Source: Candidatus Altiarchaeota archaeon (GTDB taxonomy: Archaea; Altiarchaeota; Altiarchaeia; IMC4; SCGC-AAA252-I15). From it: a stretch of 50,342 nucleotides of DNA. A program made the translations under genes and the position numbers. The notes beneath the pieces are model-generated. The model did no database searches. It worked only from the letters and a program-made list of their open reading frames with translations, and had not been told where the DNA came from. Below are positions 37,146 to 46,533 of this stretch, piece by piece (the stretch's first letter is position 1; every line of letters begins with the position of its first letter). Location of the stretch: positions 1 through 50,342 of the forward strand of contig JBDRLL010000001.1 in the NCBI GenBank assembly GCA_043813075.1, written 5' to 3'.

Positions 37146-38548
37146 GCCGCGTATCCCATGTCCCTTAGTTTTTTTACTGTGTCGGGGCCTAATTCAACAG
37201 GTTCGGGTTCGGGCGTGTCGGCGGGGTAGAATTCGATGAGCATTTGCCTTAGCTCAGCAGTCTTTCCAGGCATTTTCCCGGCCAGGTTGTGTTGTTCCGA
37301 CGGGTCTTCCAGTATGTCGTAGAGTTCCGTGGAGTTGGTGTCGTGGTCGGTAACAAGCTTGTATCCTTCGTGTATCACACCATCCATGTCTGCCTGCTGC
37401 CGGGTCATCAGGAAGACTGTGCGGTCTCCTGCCGGGCCGATCACCCTACCGTGCATGCCTTCCGGCTGCGGCATGTTCATGAGGTATAGTAGGGTGGGTG
37501 TGATGTCGGATTCTGCTATTACCGTGTCAACAATCCTGTGCCCGACTCCCGGAGCCTTAATCATCAGGGGTATGCGCGCGGACTCCTGGTATAGTACTGT
37601 GCTGTGGCCGGTGACGTTGTGTTCCCCCAGCTGTTCCCCGTGGTCTGCGGTCAGTACTATTATCGTAGTGTCATATACGCCAGCCTCCCTCAGACCATTG
37701 ATTAGGCGGCCTACATGCTGGTCGGTGTATGCTATCTCGCCGTCGTACAGGTCGAGGAATGTGTCACCGTAATTGAATCCTTCATGCGGCTTGTATATGT
37801 AGTGGGGGTCGAAGTAGTGGATCCATATGAAAAACGGCTGTCTCATGACGGGTATTCTGGCGAGGACTTTGTCGGTGAGGTTAGCGGAGGTGGTAATGTG
37901 GTCTGGATGCCCCTGCTTCAATACCGAGTAGTCGTAGTGGTCGAATCCCTGGCTGAAACCGTATTTCGGCTGGAACGCCATGTGCCCTAGGAATGCTTCA
38001 GTATGGTATCCGCGGTAGTCAAGCATCTCGGTGAGGGTGGTGTGTTTCTCGGAAAGCCGGTAGCCCCAGTCTGGTATCGCCAGGTCCAGGGGGTGCATGC
38101 CAGTCAGTATCGAGGCTACCGAAGGCTGGGTCCAGGGTACGTGAGTATATGCGTTCGTGAATATCGTTGACTCCGCCGCCAATGCGTCAATGTTCGGCGT
38201 CGTGTCCCTGCCGTAGCCGTATGTCCCCATGTGATCCGGGCGTAGCGCGTCTATCGTTATCAGCAGTAGGTTGGGGCCGCCGGTTGCGTTGTCTGACGGG
38301 TCTTGCCTCGTTACTACCCCGCCTTCTTCCGCATAGTCGTCGTAGGTGAGGGGATTGCAGTCGTCGTCTATCCTGTTGTACATGGATTCGTTGCGGAATG
38401 GGTGTATGAGTGGTTCGAGGTCGTTGCAGTCAGCGGGTTCCTTTAGGATGTTCCAGGCCCCGTCCCCGTCCAGGTCCCAGGGGTGGGCGAGATAAATGAG
38501 TATCAGGGTCAGCGAGTAGTATAGCATCACCTTATTTTTTGACAGCAT
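37142..38548 (-). CDS. Sulfatase-like hydrolase/transferase (alkaline phosphatase superfamily), exported
   Basis: NLLLITIDALRPDH, PWTQPSVASILTG, HYFDPH, YDGEIAYTD, TADHGE, ELYDI..DP.E. N-terminal DCND...DDDCN metal-binding motif. Confidence 0.9.
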   Translation of the reverse strand: MLSKNKVMLYYSLTLILIYLAHPWDLDGDGAWNILKEPADCNDLEPLIHPFRNESMYNRIDDDCNPLTYDDYAEEGGVVTRQDPSDNATGGPNLLLITIDALRPDHMGTYGYGRDTTPNIDALAAESTIFTNAYTHVPWTQPSVASILTGMHPLDLAIPDWGYRLSEKHTTLTEMLDYRGYHTEAFLGHMAFQPKYGFSQGFDHYDYSVLKQGHPDHITTSANLTDKVLARIPVMRQPFFIWIHYFDPHYIYKPHEGFNYGDTFLDLYDGEIAYTDQHVGRLINGLREAGVYDTTIIVLTADHGEQLGEHNVTGHSTVLYQESARIPLMIKAPGVGHRIVDTVIAESDITPTLLYLMNMPQPEGMHGRVIGPAGDRTVFLMTRQQADMDGVIHEGYKLVTDHDTNSTELYDILEDPSEQHNLAGKMPGKTAELRQMLIEFYPADTPEPEPVELGPDTVKKLRDMGYAA

Positions 38549-38549
38549 G

Positions 38550-38744
38550 TTATTCCTCGAATATGAAGAGCTCTTCTATCGTGGTTTGTAACGCTTTTGC
38601 GACGTCGTGGGCGAGTTGTAGGCTGGGATTGTATTTTCCCTTCTCAAGGAACACTATGGTCTCCCTCCTAACACCCACCTTTCTCGCCAGGTCTTCCTGG
38701 GTGAGGTCGTGCCTGGCCCTGAACTCCTTGATTCTTGTTTTCAA
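38550..38744 (-). CDS. XRE-family HTH transcriptional regulator
   Basis: [41 protein letters not shown]. Confidence 0.95.
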   Translation of the reverse strand: MKTRIKEFRARHDLTQEDLARKVGVRRETIVFLEKGKYNPSLQLAHDVAKALQTTIEELFIFEE

Positions 38745-39166
38745 GTTGAACCCACTCTGCCGCGTAGTATGAAGTACATCCCCAGGTATATTATTCCTGA
38801 TAGGAGTATAACAACTCCTAGAGACTCGCCAGCATCCAGTGGTGTTGTCCCCAGATTGTCGCAGATGAATCCGTTATACCATATCAGTCCGACTGAGATC
38901 CATATTGCACTGTAGTATGCGTATGTCCCCATCTGGTATGCCAGTTTCTTGGACAACTCGTCCTCTATCGGCAGACCCTTCTTGTGTTCCCTTGACTTTT
39001 CCACTACAACATAGGTAAACCCCATCAATAGTATTAGGACTAGTCCGGACTCTACAAGCATGAATGATTTCATGCCGCCCCTGCCACCGATTAGGAATAA
39101 TACGAGTCCCAGTAGGACAAGCCCCAAAACCGAGACGCCCAACATTATCTTGAAGTTGTCTTTCAT
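38741..39166 (-). CDS. Four-TM membrane protein, DUF2178-like
   Basis: [17 protein letters not shown] after TM2. Co-transcribed with the XRE gene through 4-nt overlaps. Confidence 0.7.
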   Translation of the reverse strand: MKDNFKIMLGVSVLGLVLLGLVLFLIGGRGGMKSFMLVESGLVLILLMGFTYVVVEKSREHKKGLPIEDELSKKLAYQMGTYAYYSAIWISVGLIWYNGFICDNLGTTPLDAGESLGVVILLSGIIYLGMYFILRGRVGST

Positions 39167-39567
39167 TCGAAGTCACCCCTTATCCTCAATACGCCTAGCA
39201 CTATGAAAAATGTTAGTGCAGAAAGGAGTAGGACTGCGGTCGAGCCGTGTCTGGGTGCCATCCCAGGTATGTCGTCTATCACCCATCCGACGGCGAGCGC
39301 TATGTATATCGTCGCAATCCAGGAGTAGTATCCCGCCTTGTAGGTTATCTTTGTCGTCATCTCGTCCTTCAGCGGCTGCCCGGTCTTCATGCTGTTCCAC
39401 ATGCCAGCCAGCCCTGCCAGCCCGGCTAGCACTATCATTGTGGCTATGCCCATGCAGGCGATCTCCCCTGCCTCAAGGGGCCATGCGTTTTTCAGGTATA
39501 TCCCCATTGCCGCTGTGACTGATAGTGTCAGCAGTGATACTAGGGCGATCCGTGTTTTAACGTCCAT
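39163..39567 (-). CDS. Four-TM membrane protein, DUF2178-like (paralogue of the neighbour)
   Basis: GQPLKDEMTTKITYKAGYYSW. GGAGG RBS. Confidence 0.7.
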   Translation of the reverse strand: MDVKTRIALVSLLTLSVTAAMGIYLKNAWPLEAGEIACMGIATMIVLAGLAGLAGMWNSMKTGQPLKDEMTTKITYKAGYYSWIATIYIALAVGWVIDDIPGMAPRHGSTAVLLLSALTFFIVLGVLRIRGDFE

Positions 39568-39582
39568 ACAAACCAGCCTCCA

Positions 39583-39657
39583 TGTTATTTATTTTAAACA
39601 TTTTGTTATTTATTTAAAACACTATGTTAGAAATATATAACAAAAAGGTATATAAAC
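39583..39657 (-). promoter_or_regulatory. Promoter with three tandem 18-bp TGTT-N10-AACA operator boxes
   Basis: Boxes at 39583-39600, 39604-39621 and 39625-39642 (21-bp period). Minus-strand TATA TTTATATA at about 39649-39656. Confidence 0.75.
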
Positions 39658-39682
39658 CTGTCGGTTTTAAAAAAAAGAGGAT

Positions 39683-40093
39683 TCAACCCCTATTCCTCTC
39701 GCTGAGGTACTTATATACGTCAACCGGCCTCACTTCAAGAGGCCTGGAAACCCTGACTAGCTGGCCTAATAGTTCTGGATGTTCAAGGATGGTCAGTTCG
39801 AACCGTGCCTTCATGTCTGCCAGGCGCGGTTCACCTCGTCTAGGACGAACTCCATTCCGCCTCAATTCTTCCCTTGCCTCAAGGTCTGCGATCTCTTCTG
39901 CAGCGGACTTTAGTGCAGGCTCGCGGATTTTGGTCTTCTCGCATGCCTCAGACAACCTCCTCCGCAAAGCTTCGTCATCGTCTCCGTGAAAGACCCTTTC
40001 AGCCTGCAAATCCCTCCTCAAGGAATCCACCTTGTCTAGCGTGCGGTCGTTTGGGTGATATCTCCGAACCTTCCTGGATGCTAGATACGACAT
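39683..40093 (-). CDS. Hypothetical basic helical protein
   Basis: 136-aa Arg-rich ORF filling an otherwise empty gap. No recognised family. Confidence 0.6.
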   Translation of the reverse strand: MSYLASRKVRRYHPNDRTLDKVDSLRRDLQAERVFHGDDDEALRRRLSEACEKTKIREPALKSAAEEIADLEAREELRRNGVRPRRGEPRLADMKARFELTILEHPELLGQLVRVSRPLEVRPVDVYKYLSERNRG

Positions 40094-40164
40094 TACATAG
40101 GATATACGGAAGGGAGAGGTAATAACTGTTGGCCGTATTTAAGCGATAACATTGATATTCAAAC

Positions 40165-40902
40165 ATGCCTTTTTTGATGATACTTGCCAGCGTGATTGCT
40201 ATAAGCATCCTTTCGCTTATAGGGGTCTTAAGCCTCTCTATTGGGAAAAAAAGGCTTCATGAATTCATGATCGTGTTCGTGGCATTCGCGTCTGGCACGA
40301 TGCTTTCCGCCTCATTCCTACACCTTATTCCGGAATCCATACACGAGATGGGCGAGGAGGCGATGATGTTCGTCCTGGCGGGGATACTACTGTTCTTCTT
40401 CATAGAGAAGTACATTCACTGGCACCACTGCGGGAAGGAGGAATGCCATGTAAGGCCGGTGGCATACCTGAACCTGGTTGGCGACGGACTCCACAACTTC
40501 ATTGACGGGGTGATAATAGCGGCAGCCTACATGACCAGCGTGAAGGTGGGTTTGGTGACGACTTTCGCCATAGCACTCCACGAGATCCCGCAGGAGTTCG
40601 GAGACTTTTCCATACTACTGCATTCCGGCATGGAGACCAGGAAGGCTCTGACATACAACTTCATATCCGCCTCCACGGCAGTGTTAGGCGCATTAGCAGG
40701 CTTTGTGTTCCTCAGCAGGATAGAATCATGGATTCCTGCGTCAATATCGGTTGCGGCAGGCGGATTCATATACATTGCGACGGCAGACCTTATGCCGGAA
40801 CTCCACAAGCACACTGAACCAGGGAAGATGATACTGCAGTCATTATTCCTTCTTCTGGGCGTACTTATGCTGGCAGCGGTCTTCCTCACTACAGGCCACT
40901 AG
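40165..40902 (+). CDS. ZIP-family divalent metal transporter
   Basis: FASGTML..HLIPE, HWHHC loop, DGLHNFIDG, LHEIPQEFGD, DLMPE. Confidence 0.94.
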   Translation: MPFLMILASVIAISILSLIGVLSLSIGKKRLHEFMIVFVAFASGTMLSASFLHLIPESIHEMGEEAMMFVLAGILLFFFIEKYIHWHHCGKEECHVRPVAYLNLVGDGLHNFIDGVIIAAAYMTSVKVGLVTTFAIALHEIPQEFGDFSILLHSGMETRKALTYNFISASTAVLGALAGFVFLSRIESWIPASISVAAGGFIYIATADLMPELHKHTEPGKMILQSLFLLLGVLMLAAVFLTTGH

Positions 40903-40904
40903 CA

Positions 40905-41456
40905 TCACAATAGGAGTGTTGCCACACCCATAACAAGGAATATCACTCCACCAGCCATGCCAGCCTTCCGGTCGTCGATTTTCTCGGTCAGCCCCGAACC
41001 CAGAAAGACCGCGAAAAAGGAGAGAATCGTCAGCGAGGATAGGACGCCGGCGAGAACAAGGAGGGGGTTGTACTGTGTTGCGAAAAGGCCTGTCGCTATC
41101 TGCGTCTTGTCACCCCACTCTGTGAGAGATATCAAGAGTAGTGCTGCTGTGAACGGATTTTCGGAGAACATCCTGGTCTCCTTCTGGTTGCGGGAGGAGT
41201 GAAGCATCAGAAGCCCAAAGAATATGAAAACCATGCCTGAGACAGCCTTTAGGAAGTGCATGGATAGGAGAGATGCGATCCATGAGCCGAGTAAGACTGA
41301 GATGCCGTCCACTATCAGAAACCCGAGGAATGCCCCAGCAAGCATATGCATGCGCTTTCTGGTCTTGGATGCCAGAAGCACCAGGGCTAGCTGGGTCTTA
41401 TCACCAAGCTCTGCGAGACCTACCACAACAAATGGGGTTAGGAAATCAGCTAGCAT
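40905..41456 (-). CDS. TMEM165/GDT1 (UPF0016) Mn2+/Ca2+ transporter
   Basis: Two copies of the family motif: AELGDKTQ and TEWGDKTQ. Confidence 0.93.
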   Translation of the reverse strand: MLADFLTPFVVVGLAELGDKTQLALVLLASKTRKRMHMLAGAFLGFLIVDGISVLLGSWIASLLSMHFLKAVSGMVFIFFGLLMLHSSRNQKETRMFSENPFTAALLLISLTEWGDKTQIATGLFATQYNPLLVLAGVLSSLTILSFFAVFLGSGLTEKIDDRKAGMAGGVIFLVMGVATLLL

Positions 41457-41546
41457 ATTTAATGATTGCATCACAGGTAAAAATCCTTTTACGAAGTACT
41501 GGTTTTTGGTGGCATAATTGTTTTAGTAATAAAAAACAATATTATC

Positions 41547-42572
41547 ATGAAGATGTCTGGCGTGAGAGATAGGATAGTGTCTGTGGACTTCCTGAGGACT
41601 CTAGTGATTTTCAACGCCCTGATGCTCCACTACTTCCCGAAATCGAGAAGCCATCTGGCGTGCCTGGATTTCGTGATGTGGCCGGTGAGGACTATCCAGT
41701 ATCATTTCTTTGGAGTCGGCACGACATTCATCTTTATCAGCGGCTTCATGGCGTTCACCATATATTTCACCAGATTCATGTCTGACAGGAAGACTGTTTC
41801 AAAAAGACTGTTTATGAAGGGGATCACGATATTCACACTCTTTATTGTTGTGGTGAATCTGTTGAGGATTGTGACCGGCAGCCCGTTTCCAGATGGTTTT
41901 ATGGATTTTATGGTCAAGAGGACCTTCTTCCTCAACGTGCTCCTCACATTCTCGTTCCTGTTCCTTGCTGCCCCAGTATTCCTCTCCATCGCCGAGATTA
42001 TGGCGAGAAACAGGATTCCTTTATTCTCGATGATCCTGGTTTCCCTATTATTCTATCATATCATGGATTACGCCAAACTTCCCGAGGCTGTGAGAATACT
42101 TTTTGTAGACTATAACGGTTTCAGATTCGCGTTCGCCATCTCACTGGTGATATACTCTGTGGGATTCTGGTTTGCCAGCGTATTCACAAGATTCAGGGAC
42201 AGCATGCTCGCAGTAACCATAGGGCTGGTCATCCTATCCTCCTACACGCTTGACTACGGGTCTTATGTAGAGATGGGTTACGCTGCCAGGACGATACGCG
42301 AGCTAGTCCTACTGGCGTGCATGATGACCGTACTCCACTTCATGCTGGACAGTATTAAGACGTTGGATTTGAGGGGTTTTATGGGGGATAAGATTCTTGC
42401 CTTGGGGAAGAGCAGCCTTTTGACGTACGTGTTCGGGAATTCCGCCATAAGCCTCTTGAGGTATAGGGAGACGTATTCATGCGCAACACAGTTCATCTCG
42501 CTCCTGACGATATTCGCGATAACGTACATCGCGGCAGCACACTACAATAAGGGAAGGGATATAACCAGTTAG
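41547..42572 (+). CDS. Polytopic membrane protein, OpgC/acyltransferase-3-like
   Basis: RIVSVDFLR...H, FIFISG, LGKSSLLTY and about 10 TM helices. Confidence 0.65.
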   Translation: MKMSGVRDRIVSVDFLRTLVIFNALMLHYFPKSRSHLACLDFVMWPVRTIQYHFFGVGTTFIFISGFMAFTIYFTRFMSDRKTVSKRLFMKGITIFTLFIVVVNLLRIVTGSPFPDGFMDFMVKRTFFLNVLLTFSFLFLAAPVFLSIAEIMARNRIPLFSMILVSLLFYHIMDYAKLPEAVRILFVDYNGFRFAFAISLVIYSVGFWFASVFTRFRDSMLAVTIGLVILSSYTLDYGSYVEMGYAARTIRELVLLACMMTVLHFMLDSIKTLDLRGFMGDKILALGKSSLLTYVFGNSAISLLRYRETYSCATQFISLLTIFAITYIAAAHYNKGRDITS

Positions 42573-42587
42573 CAGGAATGTATTAAC

Positions 42588-43139
42588 ATGAAGCGTAAAC
42601 ACATCGTCTGCCCCCACTACGGGTCAATACTCATCGACAACTGGCTTAGGAGGCTGATACACGACCCTAAAAAGATCTTCAAGCCATACATCAAACAGGG
42701 GTACACCGTCTTGGACGTCGGCTGCGGTCCTGGAACATTCACACTGGACCTGGCCCGGATGGTCGGGGAGGAGGGCGTGGTTATCGCATTAGACTTGCAG
42801 CAGGAGATGCTGGACAAGGTCTCCATGAAAGTGGGTGAGAGCAGCCTAGGATCCAGGGTTGTGGTGCGGAAGTGCAGCCAGGACTCGCTAGACATATCAG
42901 ACAAAGTCGACTTCGCGCTCGCATTCCACATGGCTCACGAGGTGCCGGACGTCACATCATTCCTAAAGCAGTTGAGGAGTGTATTGAAGCCAGAGGCCAA
43001 GCTACTGCTTGTGGAGCCGGTGTTCCACGTGTCCTCGAGGGAATTCGAGGAAACTGTGGAGAAGGCTGTTGGCGTCGGACTGAAGCCGGTCTCAAGGGAC
43101 AGGATATTCCTTAGCAGGGCTGTGACATTCAAGAATTAG
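42588..43139 (+). CDS. Class I SAM-dependent methyltransferase
   Basis: VLDVGCGPG, ALDLQQEML, HEVPD, VLKP. Confidence 0.92.
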   Translation: MKRKHIVCPHYGSILIDNWLRRLIHDPKKIFKPYIKQGYTVLDVGCGPGTFTLDLARMVGEEGVVIALDLQQEMLDKVSMKVGESSLGSRVVVRKCSQDSLDISDKVDFALAFHMAHEVPDVTSFLKQLRSVLKPEAKLLLVEPVFHVSSREFEETVEKAVGVGLKPVSRDRIFLSRAVTFKN

Positions 43140-43218
43140 TCCGCGAATGTCGAAACCACATCTTTACATTAAAAAAAGGAATAGGGTTTGTGAATCAGTG
43201 ATTTTAGCAGGAACATTA

Positions 43219-43413
43219 TCACGCCATCTTGACGTTCTCTGCCTTGGGTCCGCGATCGCCTTCAACCACGTCGAATGTGACTTTGTCGCCTTCGTTTATC
43301 GTAACACCTTGCGAGAGCCCTGACTCGTGGACAAAGTAGTCTTTCCCGTCATCGCCCTGTATGAAGCCAAAGTGCTTGGACCTGTTGAAGAACTTGACTA
43401 TCCCATCAACCAT
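43219..43413 (-). CDS. csp: Cold-shock domain protein (CspA family)
   Basis: GIVKFFN..KHFGFI (RNP1), DYFVH (RNP2), GPKAENV. GGAGGTGA RBS before ATG 43413. Confidence 0.95.
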   Translation of the reverse strand: MVDGIVKFFNRSKHFGFIQGDDGKDYFVHESGLSQGVTINEGDKVTFDVVEGDRGPKAENVKMA

Positions 43414-43633
43414 TTGATTCACCTCCTGTTTGTATATGAAAAAGAAGCATCACCATGTTGTATTGAGCAATTGAGAGAGATTCATTTAATAGACTTTAGA
43501 TAACGGCTACTATTCAAAACACCTTTAAGAAGTATGTATTATGGAAATAAAAATGAAAAAAACAGGTTTTCATGCTATTTCTGGTGGATTAGGGGGGGAG
43601 GGCGGGTTTGTCTGAAAAACGCCAGACCCGTAT

Positions 43634-44884
43634 TCAAGCGGTTTCCCTTATTTTCTCCCCCGCATTCCTTAGGCTTTCTGCGGTTATCTTGGCCTGACGC
43701 CGGGAGAGGTAGAGGTAGCGTTGTAGCGTCTCAGACTCCTCCTGGGAGGTCATCTTGCCGGACGCCAGGAGTGACAGTGCCTCCATCTTTGAACGCATCA
43801 CCCCGCATAGCTCATCCCTACCGTATACTTCAGTGAATAGCACTCCAACAGCCTTCTCTGCGAAAAGGTTCAGCCCGCCGATGCCATATGAATTGACCCT
43901 CTCCGGGAGCGTGACTTTAAGGTTTTTCATCAAACCCATCACATATCCAGTGAGGCATATCCACCTCCTGCAGGAGTCGAGGCCGTTGCCGCCATCCCAT
44001 TTCGCGTTGAATATCATGCATCCCTTGTCTGTGAGGAAACTGCAGGGCTTTGAGTCGCCGGCAGCCCATCCGATACTGTTGCAATCCAGGGTCTTGGGCC
44101 AGTCTGCCTCGTCAGGAAGTCGGGAGACTGAATTCTTCCGTTTAGGGTAGTTGACGACCTGTCTCCCACCCATCATCGTCTTGAACCTGCGTGGCTTGGA
44201 GAATCTTTTCCGCCCGGAGTCAAGGCACCTGTCGTAGTCGATGGACTCTATGTAGTCCCTGGCGTCCAACCCCATGGACTCTAGGAGCTGGCGGATGGAC
44301 TTCAGGTTCTGGGGAAGTATCATTATCCCATGCCGCCACATGTCCTCCCGGAAGTGGCAGCAGACTTTACCGCAGTCGATAGTGCAACTGGGCCGTTCAA
44401 CAGACTTCAATCCCCGTCTGATGCTCTTAATCCGGTTCAATAGTTTTTGCGGAGTGGATGCTGCCTTACGGTGGATTATTTTCTCGAGCAACTCCTCCTC
44501 GCCCGCCACGTCGACGCCATTCCTCAATGCGTTTATGTGAAGCGTCTTCTTCCTGCTTAAAGCCTTTTGGTTGCCGGGATCCAGTCGTAGGGCAGTCTCG
44601 TAGTCCCCGATTGCCCGGGAGTATTCGTAGAACTGCTCTAGTATCATGCCCCTCGCGATGTATGCCTCCGTAACGCTGGAGTCCATTAGGATGACGTGAT
44701 CCAGGTCCTTCAGGGCCTCATCATACCGCTTTAAGTGGGTTAGTGTGAAGGCCCTGCTGAGGTAGGCGTCGGCTAGTGAAGAGTCCGTTTTGATGGACTT
44801 GCTGTATTCCTCCAGGGCCTGCGGGTACTTCCCACTCCAGTAGAAGCTGTTACCCCTGCCAAAGTGTTCAAAAGACATTACCAT
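43634..44884 (-). CDS. TPR repeat protein fused to a YkgJ/CxxCxxCC-like cysteine-cluster domain
   Basis: Three TPRs (AYLSRA.., AYIARG.., YETALRLDPGN), then CTIDCGKVCC, CSFLTDKGCMI, CRRWIC. Confidence 0.75.
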   Translation of the reverse strand: MVMSFEHFGRGNSFYWSGKYPQALEEYSKSIKTDSSLADAYLSRAFTLTHLKRYDEALKDLDHVILMDSSVTEAYIARGMILEQFYEYSRAIGDYETALRLDPGNQKALSRKKTLHINALRNGVDVAGEEELLEKIIHRKAASTPQKLLNRIKSIRRGLKSVERPSCTIDCGKVCCHFREDMWRHGIMILPQNLKSIRQLLESMGLDARDYIESIDYDRCLDSGRKRFSKPRRFKTMMGGRQVVNYPKRKNSVSRLPDEADWPKTLDCNSIGWAAGDSKPCSFLTDKGCMIFNAKWDGGNGLDSCRRWICLTGYVMGLMKNLKVTLPERVNSYGIGGLNLFAEKAVGVLFTEVYGRDELCGVMRSKMEALSLLASGKMTSQEESETLQRYLYLSRRQAKITAESLRNAGEKIRETA

Positions 44885-45047
44885 GCGCGTATCACACAGA
44901 GGATATACTACTGCAGCCAAGCTTATAAAGAAGTGTGGAAATCAGGTGGAGTCAACTGGAAAGCAGGGTCATGTGGGGGCTCGCATATCCTGGCGGCTTT
45001 GGGGGGAGCGAAGTTAAAATGATTGAATCCAATATATCCTGGAGAGC

Positions 45048-46532
45048 ATGGGTTTTTTAAGAGTATTCAGACGGCTTGAGGACTCACATTTCCTAATACC
45101 AGTGTTATTCATTCTCTTGCTAGCATTGAAGCATCCTATCCTGGATCTACCGTACCACTGGGATGCGTTAGGGTATGTTGTGGAGGACTCGCTGTGGCTC
45201 GCGGAACACGGGCTTTTCACCGTCTCACATCCGGATGTCATGCACCCGCCGCTGCTATTCATGATACTGGGATTCTTCTACAGGATATTCGGCGAGTCGC
45301 CGCGCCTCTCCCACACCATAATACTATTCTTCTCCGCGATGGGGGTCTTCTACACGTACATGATCGGGAGGCGCCTGTTCAACAGGGAGGTTGGGGCTGT
45401 CTCAGCATTGTTACTCCTGTTCTCGCCCACTTACTATGCCTTGAGCGGCATAGTGGTTGTCGCAGTACCATTGACTAGCCTCATGCTCGCGACGATATAC
45501 TACAGCCTGGAGTTCCGGGTTCTGCCGCTACTGGTCTTCGGGATCGCCACCGTCTTAGTCAAGTCCAACGGATTCTTCGTCATCCTGGCACTGCTCGCAG
45601 GCAGCCTGATCAGACACTGCAATGAGCGTTGGAGAAAGGAGGCGGTAGTCTACGCCATACCGCTAGCATGTTTTATCATTGCGATAGCATACTACACGCA
45701 TATTTCCGGCCATTCACCCTTGAACCCTCATGAGCGGTGGACGGAGCCGGTGGCAGACTATTCCATGTGGTGTGGGAGGTATTTGAAGAACCTCTCCTTC
45801 ATAGCGGCAGGCGACCACAGGCACATTCTGACCGTCTTCTTCATCTTTGATTTGGCCAGGATTATCGCGTTGAACTCCAGCAGGCTTTTGCAGGCTTTAA
45901 GGGAGTGCTTCATCAGGTATGGGCCGTTCATCCTCCTCTTCCTCCTGTTTTCAGTCCAGTTGATTAACCCCCTGCACCTCCCAAGGCATGCTCTCCCCAT
46001 GATGCCGTTGTTTTTCCTGTTCACTGTAGCAGGGGCGCGTAGGGTGGTTGAAGGCAGGGCATTCCATGTCATGGTCATCGCCTTGTTCTTCCTGTACGTC
46101 GGCTCATGGCAGGGGAGTAGGAGCGGCCTAGGAGGGCATATGTTGGAGACGAACATGGAGTATGTTGACATGGTGAAGACGCACATGGAGACTGCTTCCT
46201 ATCTTTCAGAGAACCATCCTAACGCCAGGGTGCTGACGACTTTCCCGGAGTTAGTCGAGTTGAGATGCCGTTGGGCGCACTACAGTAACGGGAACATGAC
46301 TGCGGGGAACATAAGGGCTGAGTACGACTATGAGGCCATGGGATTCTACCTGTGCGGGAGGGAGTATCCGGCAGACATTGAGGAGGACTACGACTTCATC
46401 CTCTACTCCCCGGAGTCGAACTACTACGGTAGGGTCAGGCTGGAGGAGATGCTCAGGGTTAGGAATCACACGCTCGTGAAGCGGTCGGAGATCAATGGGA
46501 AGTACAGTGAAGTCTATGAAGTCCAGAGATGA
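45048..46532 (+). CDS. GT-C membrane glycosyltransferase (ArnT/PMT family 39/83-like)
   Basis: YHWD, MHPPL, LFNREVG..SALLLLFSP and many TM helices with an extracellular C-terminal domain. Confidence 0.82.
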   Translation: MGFLRVFRRLEDSHFLIPVLFILLLALKHPILDLPYHWDALGYVVEDSLWLAEHGLFTVSHPDVMHPPLLFMILGFFYRIFGESPRLSHTIILFFSAMGVFYTYMIGRRLFNREVGAVSALLLLFSPTYYALSGIVVVAVPLTSLMLATIYYSLEFRVLPLLVFGIATVLVKSNGFFVILALLAGSLIRHCNERWRKEAVVYAIPLACFIIAIAYYTHISGHSPLNPHERWTEPVADYSMWCGRYLKNLSFIAAGDHRHILTVFFIFDLARIIALNSSRLLQALRECFIRYGPFILLFLLFSVQLINPLHLPRHALPMMPLFFLFTVAGARRVVEGRAFHVMVIALFFLYVGSWQGSRSGLGGHMLETNMEYVDMVKTHMETASYLSENHPNARVLTTFPELVELRCRWAHYSNGNMTAGNIRAEYDYEAMGFYLCGREYPADIEEDYDFILYSPESNYYGRVRLEEMLRVRNHTLVKRSEINGKYSEVYEVQR

Positions 46533-46533
46533 A

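Noticed and set aside
43603-43630. Hairpin cgggtttg...cagacccg after the TPR gene stop
   Set aside because: A single short stem with no oligo-T tail on the coding strand, too weak to call a terminator.
44921-45047. G-rich intergenic stretch as a possible ncRNA
   Set aside because: No recognisable RNA family motif or convincing stem. It is explained as a divergent promoter region.
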